From a virus (Duplodnaviria > Caudoviricetes), in the IMG/VR virus record IMGVR_UViG_3300003937_000325: 64,000 nt of DNA, one strand, 5' to 3'. Position 1 is the first letter of the stretch. Every line of letters starts with the position of its first letter. Below are positions 1-9,374 of the stretch, in pieces. Position numbers and translations under genes: made by a program. The notes under the pieces are model-generated. The model was not told where the DNA came from and made no database searches. It was given only the letters and a program-made list of their open reading frames with translations.

Positions 1-77
1 TGAGTATAAGTCTTCTTAAGAATCTCGTAACGACCCTGCTCGACTATAATACTTTTTATAATGTTATTAAACTTCAT
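1..77 (-). CDS. 5' end of a gene running off the left window edge (MKFNNIIKSIIVEQGRYEILKKTYT...), probable late/head-associated protein
   Basis: ATG at 77, frame open to position 1, TATTTAT motif 19 nt upstream; N-terminus ends in IIVEQ like other putative head proteins here. Confidence 0.6.
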   Translation of the reverse strand, partial: MKFNNIIKSIIVEQGRYEILKKTYT

Positions 78-95
78 AAGTCTATTTGTTTTCTT

Positions 96-102
96 ATAAA
101 TA
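96..102 (-). promoter_or_regulatory. TATTTAT putative phage late promoter element
   Basis: ataaata on + strand just upstream of ATG at 77; same motif recurs before >12 gene starts. Confidence 0.5.
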
Positions 103-137
103 TATCAGAAATTAAAAATATTCTATTTTTATATGGG

Positions 138-1055
138 TTATATGTCTAAACTAAGTTGACTATTCTCGTGTTCATTATCTATAGATACTTCAAATTTAGT
201 AAAGTTAGGTATTTCATAATTCATTATTAAAAGTTCTGTACCTTTATTTTGTTTTTTACCTTTAGATGCTGCAGCTGCTTTAGCGAAGTCTTTTTCAACC
301 CATACATATTGATTCTTAGGAAACCATGTATGTAATAATTCAAAATCATAGTAAGATAAAGAAAATTTACTTTTTACATTTTTAAGTGAGTTAGCCAACC
401 TTTCATGGTCATCTCTATCAAAATCATGATTAGAATAATAATTTTCAGTCTTCCAATAAGGTGGGTCTAAGTAAATATATGTCGTTGGGGAGTCATATTT
501 CTTAATAACATCATCAAAGTCCATATTTTCAATATGACTTACCGCTAAGAATTTTTTAACCCATTTTTCATTCTTTAATTTATCCCTAAAAGTAAGGTAC
601 TTTGATTTGTATTTACCTTTTAAGTCAATATAACTTGAAGTTTCAGGTTTACTTCCACTAAAAACTTGAGTAAGGATGTACGCGTATTTAGCAGCTAATT
701 CATAGTTTGGTTTAGTACTCACGGTATACGTATCTACAAATATCTCCTTTTGTATCTCATTAAATAACTCTCTATACTGAGGTGGTGTTGGAAAAACACC
801 TCTTTGTTGACAGGGTATGTTGTCAACAGCCTTAAGTAATTCTGTTGGGTTTTGGATACATAAAAACAAATTGTAGTTGAGTGGATTAAAGTCATTGTAA
901 ACGACTTTCTTTAAATTTGGATACGAATCTAAGTCCATGTTATAAAAACACCAAAACATCCCTCCGAATGTCTCAACATAGACTTCCATATCTTTTGGAT
1001 AGTACTCTACTATCCATTTACCTATTCTACTTTTACCTCCTATATATGATAACAT
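138..1055 (-). CDS. N6-adenine DNA methyltransferase, Dam/D12 family
   Basis: SYIGGKS N-terminus, VETFGGM SAM-binding motif I, YLDPPY catalytic motif IV. Confidence 0.9.
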   Translation of the reverse strand: MLSYIGGKSRIGKWIVEYYPKDMEVYVETFGGMFWCFYNMDLDSYPNLKKVVYNDFNPLNYNLFLCIQNPTELLKAVDNIPCQQRGVFPTPPQYRELFNEIQKEIFVDTYTVSTKPNYELAAKYAYILTQVFSGSKPETSSYIDLKGKYKSKYLTFRDKLKNEKWVKKFLAVSHIENMDFDDVIKKYDSPTTYIYLDPPYWKTENYYSNHDFDRDDHERLANSLKNVKSKFSLSYYDFELLHTWFPKNQYVWVEKDFAKAAAASKGKKQNKGTELLIMNYEIPNFTKFEVSIDNEHENSQLSLDI

Positions 1056-1069
1056 AATTTTCTTTTTTA

Positions 1070-1100
1070 CAAATATAGGAAAAAATAAGTAAAAGGCAAA
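1070..1100 (-). promoter_or_regulatory. Bacteroidota housekeeping-sigma promoter (-33 TTTG / -7 TAnnTTTG)
   Basis: minus strand reads TTTG-ccttttacttattttttcc(19 nt)-TATATTTG, 14 nt before the methylase ATG. Confidence 0.75.
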
Positions 1101-1108
1101 TGTAAATC

Positions 1109-1137
1109 AAAAAAAAACCCCACATAAGTGAGGTTTT
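1109..1137 (-). terminator. Rho-independent terminator
   Basis: minus strand AAAACCTCAC-TTAT-GTGGGGTTTT followed by further T, just downstream of the 1142..1396 stop. Confidence 0.75.
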
Positions 1138-1141
1138 AAAT

Positions 1142-1396
1142 TTATTTTTTAAAGAACTTAACTAGTTTAGTTTCTATCCGTTCTAATCGGTTTTTAAGTT
1201 TGATTACTTTAGTTTTAAATAAATTCCAATTTACTGTAGCAAACACACCAAAAGCGAAACCTGCGTAAATTTTAAAACCAAACGCCCACAGTACTAATCC
1301 TGCGAGTAATCCAACAACACCTTCAATACCGTTTAACATTATCCATGTTTTAATAATGTTGTAAACTTTTTTAATAAAATCTAAAATCTTTTTCAT
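1142..1396 (-). CDS. small membrane protein (1-2 TM, basic termini; holin-like size)
   Basis: hydrophobic core GVVGLLAGLVLWAFGFKIYAGFAFGVFATV; own TATTTAT motif and terminator. Confidence 0.7.
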   Translation of the reverse strand: MKKILDFIKKVYNIIKTWIMLNGIEGVVGLLAGLVLWAFGFKIYAGFAFGVFATVNWNLFKTKVIKLKNRLERIETKLVKFFKK

Positions 1397-1410
1397 AATA
1401 TTTTTTTATT

Positions 1411-1417
1411 ATAAATA
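1411..1417 (-). promoter_or_regulatory. TATTTAT putative late promoter element
   Basis: 14 nt upstream of ATG 1396. Confidence 0.5.
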
Positions 1418-1499
1418 TAACATTATTACGTATTCTTATCTATTTTGCAATTTACAATCACACATTTTTATCTTAAACTACCTATATAAAATTATTATT

Positions 1500-1676
1500 A
1501 TGTCAAAAGAATACAATGTTAAGTCAATAGAATTAAATGAAAAAGAAGACTGTAAAACATGTGCCAGAGGGTTAAATGTTGGTCAAAAGTTTGTAGTATT
1601 ATTTTCTTTTTATATGTTAGCGACGAGTATATATGGAACTGTTAAGTTAATACAACTTTTAATTAATTCATTTTAG
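1500..1676 (+). CDS. 58-aa protein with CxxC and C-terminal TM helix (not in ORF track)
   Basis: manual translation [58 protein letters not shown]; fills the gap between two genes. Confidence 0.65.
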   Translation: MSKEYNVKSIELNEKEDCKTCARGLNVGQKFVVLFSFYMLATSIYGTVKLIQLLINSF

Positions 1677-2618
1677 TAAGTCCTTTAATTTTACCTTATC
1701 CTCATCACTAATAGACTTGTTAGTCACACCCACTTTTATATAGAAATCCCCAATTCCACTTTGAGTAACAAATCCTTTAGATTTTACTCTTAGTGGTTTT
1801 TCTGTACTTAAATTTTTAGGTAAATTTATATCTAAATCCCCATCAGGATGAGACACTCTAAACGTTTTATTTATTAACATATCTATAGGGGTTATATTTA
1901 AATTAAAAACTAAATCTTTACCCACCTTCTCGTACTTACTTTTAATCATATTAATTTGAACTAATAAGTCACCTTGAATGTTATTTAGATAATCTCCTTT
2001 ACCTGCCGCCCTTAAGAAATCACCACTATCAACTCCTTTAGGTATTGATACCTTTAAATTTTTAAATTTATCGATAGACCCCGAACCATTACAATTTAAA
2101 CAAGGGTCAACAACCATTTGTCCACTTCCTCTACAAGTATGACACGGAGTATCCACTGTCTGTGTGAAAAAACCTGTACCCATTTTTTGTCTTATAAATC
2201 CTCTACCCGCACAAGTTGTGCATGTATTTTTTTTACCTCCAGTACCGACACATAATTCACATGAAATCTTAGATTTATAAGTTATCTCCTTTTCAATACC
2301 GACAAATGATTCTTCAGGTGTTAAAGTTACTCTTATTACTTTATCTTTAATTTTAGGTTTAGTTGGTCTTCTTTGTTGGTTAAACATATCAAAAGGATTA
2401 CCACCGAATTGACCACCGAAAGGATTAGGGTTATCGTACTGACTTCGTTTTTTTTCGTCACTTAACGTATCGTAAGCCTCAGCTATGTCTTTAAATTTTT
2501 CTTCTCCCTGAGGGTTTACATCTGGATGATATTGTTTACTTAATTTTCTATACGCTTTTTTAATCTCGTCTTGAGATGCGTTTTTATTAATATTTAAAAT
2601 TCGATAATAGTCCTTCAT
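1668..2618 (-). CDS. dnaJ: DnaJ (Hsp40) co-chaperone
   Basis: J-domain KDYY...[14 protein letters not shown], short G/F region, four CxxCxGxG zinc-finger repeats, C-terminal domain. Confidence 0.95.
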   Translation of the reverse strand: MKDYYRILNINKNASQDEIKKAYRKLSKQYHPDVNPQGEEKFKDIAEAYDTLSDEKKRSQYDNPNPFGGQFGGNPFDMFNQQRRPTKPKIKDKVIRVTLTPEESFVGIEKEITYKSKISCELCVGTGGKKNTCTTCAGRGFIRQKMGTGFFTQTVDTPCHTCRGSGQMVVDPCLNCNGSGSIDKFKNLKVSIPKGVDSGDFLRAAGKGDYLNNIQGDLLVQINMIKSKYEKVGKDLVFNLNITPIDMLINKTFRVSHPDGDLDINLPKNLSTEKPLRVKSKGFVTQSGIGDFYIKVGVTNKSISDEDKVKLKDLLK

Positions 2619-3261
2619 GCAAAATTATATAATTGTATTGTTTAAGAATAAGAAAAAGAAAAAGATAATCAAAGGTTATCAGTCAGAGAAACGCGCAATT
2701 ACTAAATTTAAATCATTAATTAAAGAAAACAATATCGACTTTGGAGTAACTTATGAAAATGCCGAGTACGTCACATATGAATTAGGATTATTAACCAATC
2801 AAGATTCATATCAAGTACCGTTATTTAAAGAAGATGAATTTGGTAGGAACACTGAATTATTTATGGATTCAGATACCGATTATATGATAAAACGTATGGT
2901 TCCTTATTCTATTGAAGAAAAAATTTACGATTGGTCAACTAATAATCGTATTACATTTAATGATGTACTTAAAAAATACTGTATAAAAAAAGAAATGAAG
3001 AGTATCTCTACTCTTCATAATAAATTAATTATACAAATTAATGATAAGTTTTTTGTATTTAGTTTAAAAAATATAGACGATTCACATCGTTTACTTAGTA
3101 CCTTAGAGAATCATTTTAGAAATAATGGGAGAAATGATGCCATATTTGTAAGAGATACATCAACCACTCAGAGAAAGTGGATGTACAATCTTTTAGTAAA
3201 AAATGGTTTTGATAAGAAAAAACTGTATCGTCAGACCACTACTTTTTCAAAACGAACGTAA
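2617..3261 (+). CDS. hypothetical protein
   Basis: 214-aa ORF with typical codon usage filling the space between dnaJ and 3239; no recognised motif. Confidence 0.7.
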   Translation: MQNYIIVLFKNKKKKKIIKGYQSEKRAITKFKSLIKENNIDFGVTYENAEYVTYELGLLTNQDSYQVPLFKEDEFGRNTELFMDSDTDYMIKRMVPYSIEEKIYDWSTNNRITFNDVLKKYCIKKEMKSISTLHNKLIIQINDKFFVFSLKNIDDSHRLLSTLENHFRNNGRNDAIFVRDTSTTQRKWMYNLLVKNGFDKKKLYRQTTTFSKRT

Positions 3262-3466
3262 AGTTAATACCTGAAATTTCAATATTAAATTTATCATTAC
3301 TATGATAAACCGCGGCAAAGTTTTTTATTATTTCATTATATTCAAATGACTCCAACTCAATAATAATTTTTACATCACCTTTAGAAAGTATAGAAGATTC
3401 AATATCATTAGATATCTTAGCTAAAAGACTTAACTCATCCCTAAAATTACTTTTATCCTCTCCCAT
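3239..3466 (-). CDS. hypothetical protein
   Basis: 75-aa ORF, part of an overlapping minus-strand run. Confidence 0.6.
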   Translation of the reverse strand: MGEDKSNFRDELSLLAKISNDIESSILSKGDVKIIIELESFEYNEIIKNFAAVYHSNDKFNIEISGINFTFVLKK

Positions 3467-3639
3467 AACGTATATTTCTTTTCAATGAAGATAGTGTTTG
3501 ACACCATTTCTTTATCGAACCCTTGAATGTCTTTAATAAGTGTATTTTTAGATGATTCAATTTGCCTTATCGACTTCTTTTTCTCTAACTTCAGTAGAGT
3601 CAACTCTTTCTCTATCTCCTGATTTGTTATCTTCTCCAT
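3430..3639 (-). CDS. hypothetical coiled-coil protein
   Basis: 69-aa ORF overlapping neighbours, charged helical sequence. Confidence 0.55.
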   Translation of the reverse strand: MEKITNQEIEKELTLLKLEKKKSIRQIESSKNTLIKDIQGFDKEMVSNTIFIEKKYTLWERIKVILGMS

Positions 3640-4039
3640 CTATAATTTCTTTTGAATTTATAATACTTGTTATCTCATCCACATCAAATTTAAGGTTCTG
3701 TAAGTCCTCTAAATTTTCTTTTTCAAAAATACCCTTTAACTCCTGAACTTTGTTTCTAAATAATTTGTCTTTAGCTTCTCTCTCTAAGTTAGATTTAATT
3801 ATGTTATCAATCAAATCTTCAAGTTGATTAACTGAAGTCTCATTTATTGGACAAACAAATGAAAGGGATATCTTGTCTCCATCTATACCATTTTTAACAA
3901 CTTCAATACCCTTACCCATATTACGTGGTAATACCCATTTATTTGAAAATAATAAATCGTAACTAACATGAGTATCCAGTATTCTAACCATCTTTAGATT
4001 TTTTTGTATTTTATTTAAAAAATTATAGTACGTATTCAT
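3557..4039 (-). CDS. hypothetical protein
   Basis: ORF 3557..4078; start moved to ATG 4039 because it forms an ATGA overlap with the upstream stop. Confidence 0.65.
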   Translation of the reverse strand: MNTYYNFLNKIQKNLKMVRILDTHVSYDLLFSNKWVLPRNMGKGIEVVKNGIDGDKISLSFVCPINETSVNQLEDLIDNIIKSNLEREAKDKLFRNKVQELKGIFEKENLEDLQNLKFDVDEITSIINSKEIIDGEDNKSGDRERVDSTEVREKEVDKAN

Positions 4040-4233
4040 ATTGCGGTAATTATTAATGTTATTAAATAGGATAAACATAGACCGTAGTAAATTAAGGACC
4101 CTACACCAATCTCGAACTTTTTAGGTGGAGTTGATAATAGGGCCTTTATGAAATTTACTGACAATCGTATGATTGATAATGATGTAAATACTGCAATAAA
4201 AATCGCTATGTATGTCATTATTGTTTCTATCAC
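4036..4233 (-). CDS. small two-TM membrane protein
   Basis: two hydrophobic stretches (YIAIFIAVFTSLSII; GSLIYYGLCLSYLITLII); start may be ATG 4218. Confidence 0.65.
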   Translation of the reverse strand: MIETIMTYIAIFIAVFTSLSIIRLSVNFIKALLSTPPKKFEIGVGSLIYYGLCLSYLITLIITAI

Positions 4234-4237
4234 TTTA

Positions 4238-4411
4238 TTACTTATTTTTTTCTTCCAAAATTTCTTTTCTCAAATCCTGTAGTAAAGCTTTTAGTTGTTG
4301 AGCTCCTTTTCTTGCTCTTACACCTGCGGATTTATTACCTTCGTAAAACTTGTTAGTATCTACTGAAAGTGTTTCCGTCAACTCTTTAATTGTTTCTAAT
4401 GTTTTTGTCAT
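4238..4411 (-). CDS. histone H1-like protein, Hc1 family (not in ORF track)
   Basis: manual translation MTKTLETIKELTETLSVDTNKFYEGNKSAGVRARKGAQQLKALLQDLRKEILEEKNK*; KFY.GNKSAG.RARK...L......R.EI signature of Chlamydia/Bacteroidota Hc1 proteins. Confidence 0.85.
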   Translation of the reverse strand: MTKTLETIKELTETLSVDTNKFYEGNKSAGVRARKGAQQLKALLQDLRKEILEEKNK

Positions 4412-4489
4412 TTTTAATAATCTTATTATAGTTTATGTTTTTAAAAAACTTAATTTTATATTGCTCATTGTAAATAGAAATGGGAAAAA

Positions 4490-4975
4490 TTATAATTGTA
4501 CTGAACGTTCCAACGACTTATAAAGGTCAGTAAACATCTCAAGGTCAGGTTTGGTAATCGTTCTTCTCCTATTAAATAACTCTCGTAAGAAGCTCTCTAT
4601 TGAGTCTCTAACGACCCCATCTAACTGTTCATAATACACTTCCATATAAAATGATTCAAAAAAGTCGTAATCATTACTACTGAAGTTAAATGTTATATTT
4701 TCCTTTTTGAAATCTAATATAACTTTATCAAAACACCATCTAAAGTGTTCTAACTTATCATCATTCATTATACCAATTTTTGTCGCATTACTATCACCAT
4801 GACTAAACCCTAAGTAAGTTTCACTAATTAAGTAATAAAGTGAAAAACTAAAGTCCTCAAATAAGTCACAGTATTCAGGTATAATATTATTAGCACGATT
4901 CCATGTGTCGATATCTTCCTTATCCATAGGTGTAGATAGCCATTTAAAAAATTGGTCCATTCTATATCTTTTCAT
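4490..4975 (-). CDS. hypothetical protein
   Basis: 161-aa ORF, aromatic/acidic, no recognised motif. Confidence 0.7.
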   Translation of the reverse strand: MKRYRMDQFFKWLSTPMDKEDIDTWNRANNIIPEYCDLFEDFSFSLYYLISETYLGFSHGDSNATKIGIMNDDKLEHFRWCFDKVILDFKKENITFNFSSNDYDFFESFYMEVYYEQLDGVVRDSIESFLRELFNRRRTITKPDLEMFTDLYKSLERSVQL

Positions 4976-5019
4976 AGTAAAAATATAGAACGGACCAAAA
5001 AAATATAAAGTTTTGTTTG

Positions 5020-6096
5020 TTATTGAGTTTTGTAATTGTGTGAAAATAGTTTTTTCATCTTATGAATATCTTCATTTACTCTCTCTTTTTTCTTATCTGT
5101 TTTAACAGACTCTGAAACCTCGATACCCGCCATACTATCAGTTGTTTTTTTCTTACCTGAATAATCAGTCACGGGTTGAGGTGCTTTGTTATATGATTGT
5201 TTCTTAAGTTTAGCTAAAATGTTTTTATCCATTCTATCTTTTACCTTTTCTCCTGTATCTGTCTTAACAGCATTTGCCCATTCGGGATTATTACCAGTTT
5301 CTGAGGAACCAAGAATATTCATATCTAACCACTCTTCATCAGGTTTAATTTGGTCATAATCTAAATTTTCCATACCACCTGAACGTGCAATTTGGTCGAT
5401 GTACTCCTCAACACCATCAGATGCAGTATACATCATCTTATCATCTTTTCTATCTCCGTTACCTGTTGGAAATTTTTCAGGGTTAGCCACATATTCTCCT
5501 TCATCAGCATTTTTAAGATAGTCTTTCATTTTTTTAGTAACTGATTTAATGTAATCTTCATTATCTTTCTTAGATGTCTTCATAGCCTTTTTTTGACCTG
5601 TAATCCCTGAAATTTTTTGTTCCTTAACTATTCGTTGGATTAACTCAATCATCTCATCTTCGGTCAATTTTAAACTTTGTTTTTTAGACTCGTTTTTTTC
5701 ACCCTCTACAGGATAAGTCTTACCATCAACTTCGAATTCGTCTTTACCGTCTTCGATTGCTTTAGCTCTCGCTCCACTAAATTCGTTACCTTCTTCTACT
5801 TCGTCCTCACCCATCTCTTTACGTTGTTTATCTATATCAGAATAGACACCAACAACTTTAGAGTCACGTCCATCAAACTTATCTCTTAACTCAGGCATCT
5901 TACCCATACCTTCTTTTGGTTCATCTTTTTTAGTCGCCTTTCTTTCCTCTTTACGGTTTTTGGCTACTTCATAGTACTCTTCCATCTCATCAATTTCAGT
6001 TGAAACAGACTCAGTTATATCTTTTACTTTTTTGTTGACTTCCTCACTTAGAACTCTCTCTACGAGGTTTTCAATCATATTTTCAATATCTTTCAT
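5020..6096 (-). CDS. highly charged putative head-internal/scaffold-type protein
   Basis: E/K-rich; EEGNEFSGARAKAIEDGKDEFEVDGKTYPV motif; helical ...VLSEE and ...IVKEQ segments; TATTTAT upstream. Confidence 0.6.
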   Translation of the reverse strand: MKDIENMIENLVERVLSEEVNKKVKDITESVSTEIDEMEEYYEVAKNRKEERKATKKDEPKEGMGKMPELRDKFDGRDSKVVGVYSDIDKQRKEMGEDEVEEGNEFSGARAKAIEDGKDEFEVDGKTYPVEGEKNESKKQSLKLTEDEMIELIQRIVKEQKISGITGQKKAMKTSKKDNEDYIKSVTKKMKDYLKNADEGEYVANPEKFPTGNGDRKDDKMMYTASDGVEEYIDQIARSGGMENLDYDQIKPDEEWLDMNILGSSETGNNPEWANAVKTDTGEKVKDRMDKNILAKLKKQSYNKAPQPVTDYSGKKKTTDSMAGIEVSESVKTDKKKERVNEDIHKMKKLFSHNYKTQ

Positions 6097-6111
6097 ATCA
6101 GTATTTTTATT

Positions 6112-6118
6112 ATAAATA
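6112..6118 (-). promoter_or_regulatory. TATTTAT putative late promoter element
   Basis: 15 nt upstream of ATG 6096. Confidence 0.5.
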
Positions 6119-6133
6119 TATGGTAAGTATCAA

Positions 6134-7039
6134 TTATTTATTTAACTTTTCCATTATAACTCCTTTAATAAAGGAACTATCCAAGTTATATTTTTTTGAT
6201 ACTTGTTTTATGGCTTCTTTAACTATATTGTTTTCAAAGAACTCTAAAGCATTGATGTCACCCTGATTACAGTAAGGGAACTTCTTACACTTATCTTTTA
6301 TTTTTACGTATTTACCTCCAGGTCCACCTAACTTTGGAAAGTTCTTATCTTTAACTGACCTAAGTTTTGAATAAACATTCTTAGGCGTATCTATTTGTAA
6401 TGGGTCCTTTTTTGGTCCTCCAAATGGTGCATCATAGGCTCCAACAGAAGATGAGGTTGTAGCCTCTTTGGATTCAATCTTCTCTAAGTTATTATAGTAG
6501 TTTAAATCCTCGTAAATGTGGTCCATCGCGATTTCAAAAGCTACCATCATTTCAGTAGTATGTTCTAATTCAACATTAACACCCTTCTCTAAAGCGTCTA
6601 TAATACTATCGACATCAACTTTGTGATGAGATGCCATATCTTCAATACTCATACCATCAGATAAACCACCTTCTAATTTTTCTTCCTTAATTTTTCTTTT
6701 TTGAGGCTCACTAAATAAAGGTCCGACATAACCACCGGCTGAACCTGCACTAGTTGCTTCATTCGGTTCTTCTTTAGATGTCTCCATCTCATCATCTAAG
6801 TCTTTAGCTATTTTAGTTAATATTTTAGTTAAAGTATCACTAGTTAATCCTTCAGTCTTACCTATTTGAGGTGACCATCCTTCATTACCATCTTCTTGCA
6901 CCTCTTTTTTAAGTTTACTAGACGCATTCATAAAATCAGTAACTGAATCACTATCACCATGAACGGTGTAATTTTTACCCATAGACGCAGTCATTGATTT
7001 ACCTATCTCCTTTTTAAGTTGTTGTGAAACATTTTCCAT
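6134..7039 (-). CDS. putative head-associated protein with DUF5661-like domain
   Basis: GVNVELEHT...EIAMDHIYEDLNYYNNL resembles DUF5661; repeated EATSAGSAGGY / EATTSSSVGAY motif; C-terminal CKKFPYCNQG. Confidence 0.6.
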   Translation of the reverse strand: MENVSQQLKKEIGKSMTASMGKNYTVHGDSDSVTDFMNASSKLKKEVQEDGNEGWSPQIGKTEGLTSDTLTKILTKIAKDLDDEMETSKEEPNEATSAGSAGGYVGPLFSEPQKRKIKEEKLEGGLSDGMSIEDMASHHKVDVDSIIDALEKGVNVELEHTTEMMVAFEIAMDHIYEDLNYYNNLEKIESKEATTSSSVGAYDAPFGGPKKDPLQIDTPKNVYSKLRSVKDKNFPKLGGPGGKYVKIKDKCKKFPYCNQGDINALEFFENNIVKEAIKQVSKKYNLDSSFIKGVIMEKLNK

Positions 7040-7287
7040 TATTTAACATTTTTTAGTCTTGGTTCCCAAAAACTTCTTTGAGTCCACATTATTTTATAAA
7101 ATTCTTTCATAACCTTAGCAACTATTTCACTAACATCTTTGGTTATTTTACCTCTACGTATCTCATCTTGTATTTTCTCGATAATTTTTTTCTCAAACTG
7201 ATTAATAGTCGTTGACCCAAGGAAGTCTTTTATTTCTTTCCTTATCATTATCTCGATGTCGTTTTTGTCTGCCTGTGTTAGTGCCAT
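7039..7287 (-). CDS. hypothetical protein
   Basis: 82-aa ORF, stop/start coupled to the next gene, TATTTAT 4 nt upstream. Confidence 0.7.
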   Translation of the reverse strand: MALTQADKNDIEIMIRKEIKDFLGSTTINQFEKKIIEKIQDEIRRGKITKDVSEIVAKVMKEFYKIMWTQRSFWEPRLKNVK

Positions 7288-7291
7288 ATTA

Positions 7292-7298
7292 ATAAATA
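7292..7298 (-). promoter_or_regulatory. TATTTAT putative late promoter element
   Basis: TATTTAT-taat-ATG at 7287. Confidence 0.5.
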
Positions 7299-8195
7299 TT
7301 AAAAAATCTTATAACCTACACTTATTCCTATGCCCCATGTAGGTTGAAACGAACCATCTATACTGTATAAACCGTATGATGGACCAATTAACATACCAAA
7401 ACCCCTTCTACTTTTACGTTTTGGAGGTGACTGTATTATATTAGGTTTTATATCCATAAATTCTACACCATTAACGAATGGTATCTGTAAAATACTTGGA
7501 GGTATTGGGTTCCCATTATTATCTGTTGGTTGTACAACAACTCTTGTTAACCCATTTTCCATCTCCAGTTGAGATAGTGTAAGTGAAAAATTTAAATTGT
7601 GTTTTAGTTGAGATGATTTTCCGATTCCAAATCTATCCACTAACTCTAACTTCAATGAGTCTTTAAATGGTCTTAACTTAAACCAACTCTGGGTCTCAAG
7701 TGTATATATTTGGTTGGAATCTTTTATACCTAAACCGATATTACCAACACTATCACGTTCAATGTTTGTCATAACGTCATTAGTGACTATCTCTGAACTC
7801 ACATCAGTAACGTATATATTTTTAACCTCTACGTTTTCATCGAGTTTATCGGCTAACTCTTGAATGTTTATTTTAGCGTCATTTAATTTTCTATCTAATA
7901 ACTGTAATTCACCTTCTCTAACCCTTAAAAGTGATTTAACATAAACGTTATCCTCTTCAACAAACTCTACTGAATCTTTTAAATTTTCGATATTATTAAA
8001 GAAACGGTTTTTTTCATTTTCATATTCAACTTCTTTAATTTCTATTTCATTTTTTAATCCTTTAATGTTATCACATTGTTTAAACAATAAAACAATTAAT
8101 AATGCAAAAATAACCCCTAAAAAAAACTTAGGGTTCTTCTTGATAAAATCAAAAATACTATTAAAAACGTTTATGATACCAGTTAATGCAATCAT
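7299..8195 (-). CDS. membrane-anchored coiled-coil protein with amphipathic C-terminal beta strands; candidate spanin
   Basis: N-terminal TM (FFLGVIFALLIVLLF), coiled coil, C-terminus GFGMLIGPSYG...WGIGISVGYKIF; two genes from the amidase. Confidence 0.55.
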   Translation of the reverse strand: MIALTGIINVFNSIFDFIKKNPKFFLGVIFALLIVLLFKQCDNIKGLKNEIEIKEVEYENEKNRFFNNIENLKDSVEFVEEDNVYVKSLLRVREGELQLLDRKLNDAKINIQELADKLDENVEVKNIYVTDVSSEIVTNDVMTNIERDSVGNIGLGIKDSNQIYTLETQSWFKLRPFKDSLKLELVDRFGIGKSSQLKHNLNFSLTLSQLEMENGLTRVVVQPTDNNGNPIPPSILQIPFVNGVEFMDIKPNIIQSPPKRKSRRGFGMLIGPSYGLYSIDGSFQPTWGIGISVGYKIF

Positions 8196-8782
8196 ACCGC
8201 ATCTATATTTTTTGTTTTCTTTCTTTGTGAAAGTACTTTAGCCCACTTAGCTTTAAATTTGTCATAGAAAGAGGTAAGTTTATTAATTAACTCCACTAAA
8301 CCATCATCTAATTTAATCATATCTCCATTGATATATACTCCGTTGTCTTCGCCTATTGAAAAGTAAAATTCAACATCGTAGTCTATTACTTTACCTGACC
8401 AATCCACATTATTTGGATATAAATTTAATGTGCCGAAATCAGATAAATCAGATACTTCATTTACAAATTCGTCCATAGTTTCTTGAAAAGATATTTTCTC
8501 ATCTGTTGAGAGTTCTAGTTCTTGTTTGGTATTACCGTGTAAAGTAATTAATCCACCAGACACTCTATATGATTTACTTTTATCTTCATCAGGGGTAGTT
8601 TGTACCTCAATTTCTTGTTCAGAATCTACCTCGATATTTGTCGCACCATCATCTTCTATTTCTTGTTCACTAATAAGGCCGTTTTTTGTTAAAACTTTTC
8701 TTGACTCTGTAAGGTCATTTTTACCTAACATATTTCTAGATACATTCAGTAAATTCTTTAATTCATCGTATTGATTACTCAT
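8192..8782 (-). CDS. hypothetical acidic protein (possible head-associated)
   Basis: 196-aa ORF overlapping neighbours; LISEQ motif followed by an acidic linker. Confidence 0.65.
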   Translation of the reverse strand: MSNQYDELKNLLNVSRNMLGKNDLTESRKVLTKNGLISEQEIEDDGATNIEVDSEQEIEVQTTPDEDKSKSYRVSGGLITLHGNTKQELELSTDEKISFQETMDEFVNEVSDLSDFGTLNLYPNNVDWSGKVIDYDVEFYFSIGEDNGVYINGDMIKLDDGLVELINKLTSFYDKFKAKWAKVLSQRKKTKNIDAV

Positions 8783-9374
8783 TTTCTATTTTTTTTATAA
8801 ACTCTTCAAAGTTAAAAGATGGATTTAAATCGGTTCGTTCTCTATAGTAATTACTGTAAGACGCTATACCATGAAATTTCTCAATCTTATCCACTTTAAC
8901 ATTATGACCAATAAAGGTCGTAGGTATATTGAAGTCAGCACATAACTGATTAACTAATACAGATAAAGTTTCAATTTGTTTATCAGTGTAAGGTTGCCAA
9001 AAAAAGTAACCTCTCCACTTCCTCTCATATATCCTATCTTTATAAATATTACCAATCCAGTTAATGTAACCACCAACTAATGGGTTTTTACGTAACCACC
9101 CTAAATTTTCTAATGATATAACTATTGTAGATTTATTATGGGACTTTACATCCATATAATTACTATAGGTTTCAGGTGGTATAATTTCATGTACCTCACC
9201 CTCTCTTGAAATCACATAATGAGGTAATTTATTATATTTACCACTCATTCGATATCTAAGACTATTTAAATAATCTTTAGCGTTACGACCCGTATGTGTT
9301 AATAGTATTTGTTTCTTTTTTTTATAATTACCAATAGGTTTAAGTCCTATCAGTTTTTGAATTTTCACCGCCAT
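8775..9374 (-). CDS. N-acetylmuramoyl-L-alanine amidase (Amidase_2), endolysin
   Basis: ILLTHTG, PHYVISREGEVHEI, HN..IVISLEN, YTDKQIETL, FIGHN, RTDLNP: Zn-amidase motif order. Confidence 0.85.
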   Translation of the reverse strand: MAVKIQKLIGLKPIGNYKKKKQILLTHTGRNAKDYLNSLRYRMSGKYNKLPHYVISREGEVHEIIPPETYSNYMDVKSHNKSTIVISLENLGWLRKNPLVGGYINWIGNIYKDRIYERKWRGYFFWQPYTDKQIETLSVLVNQLCADFNIPTTFIGHNVKVDKIEKFHGIASYSNYYRERTDLNPSFNFEEFIKKIENE

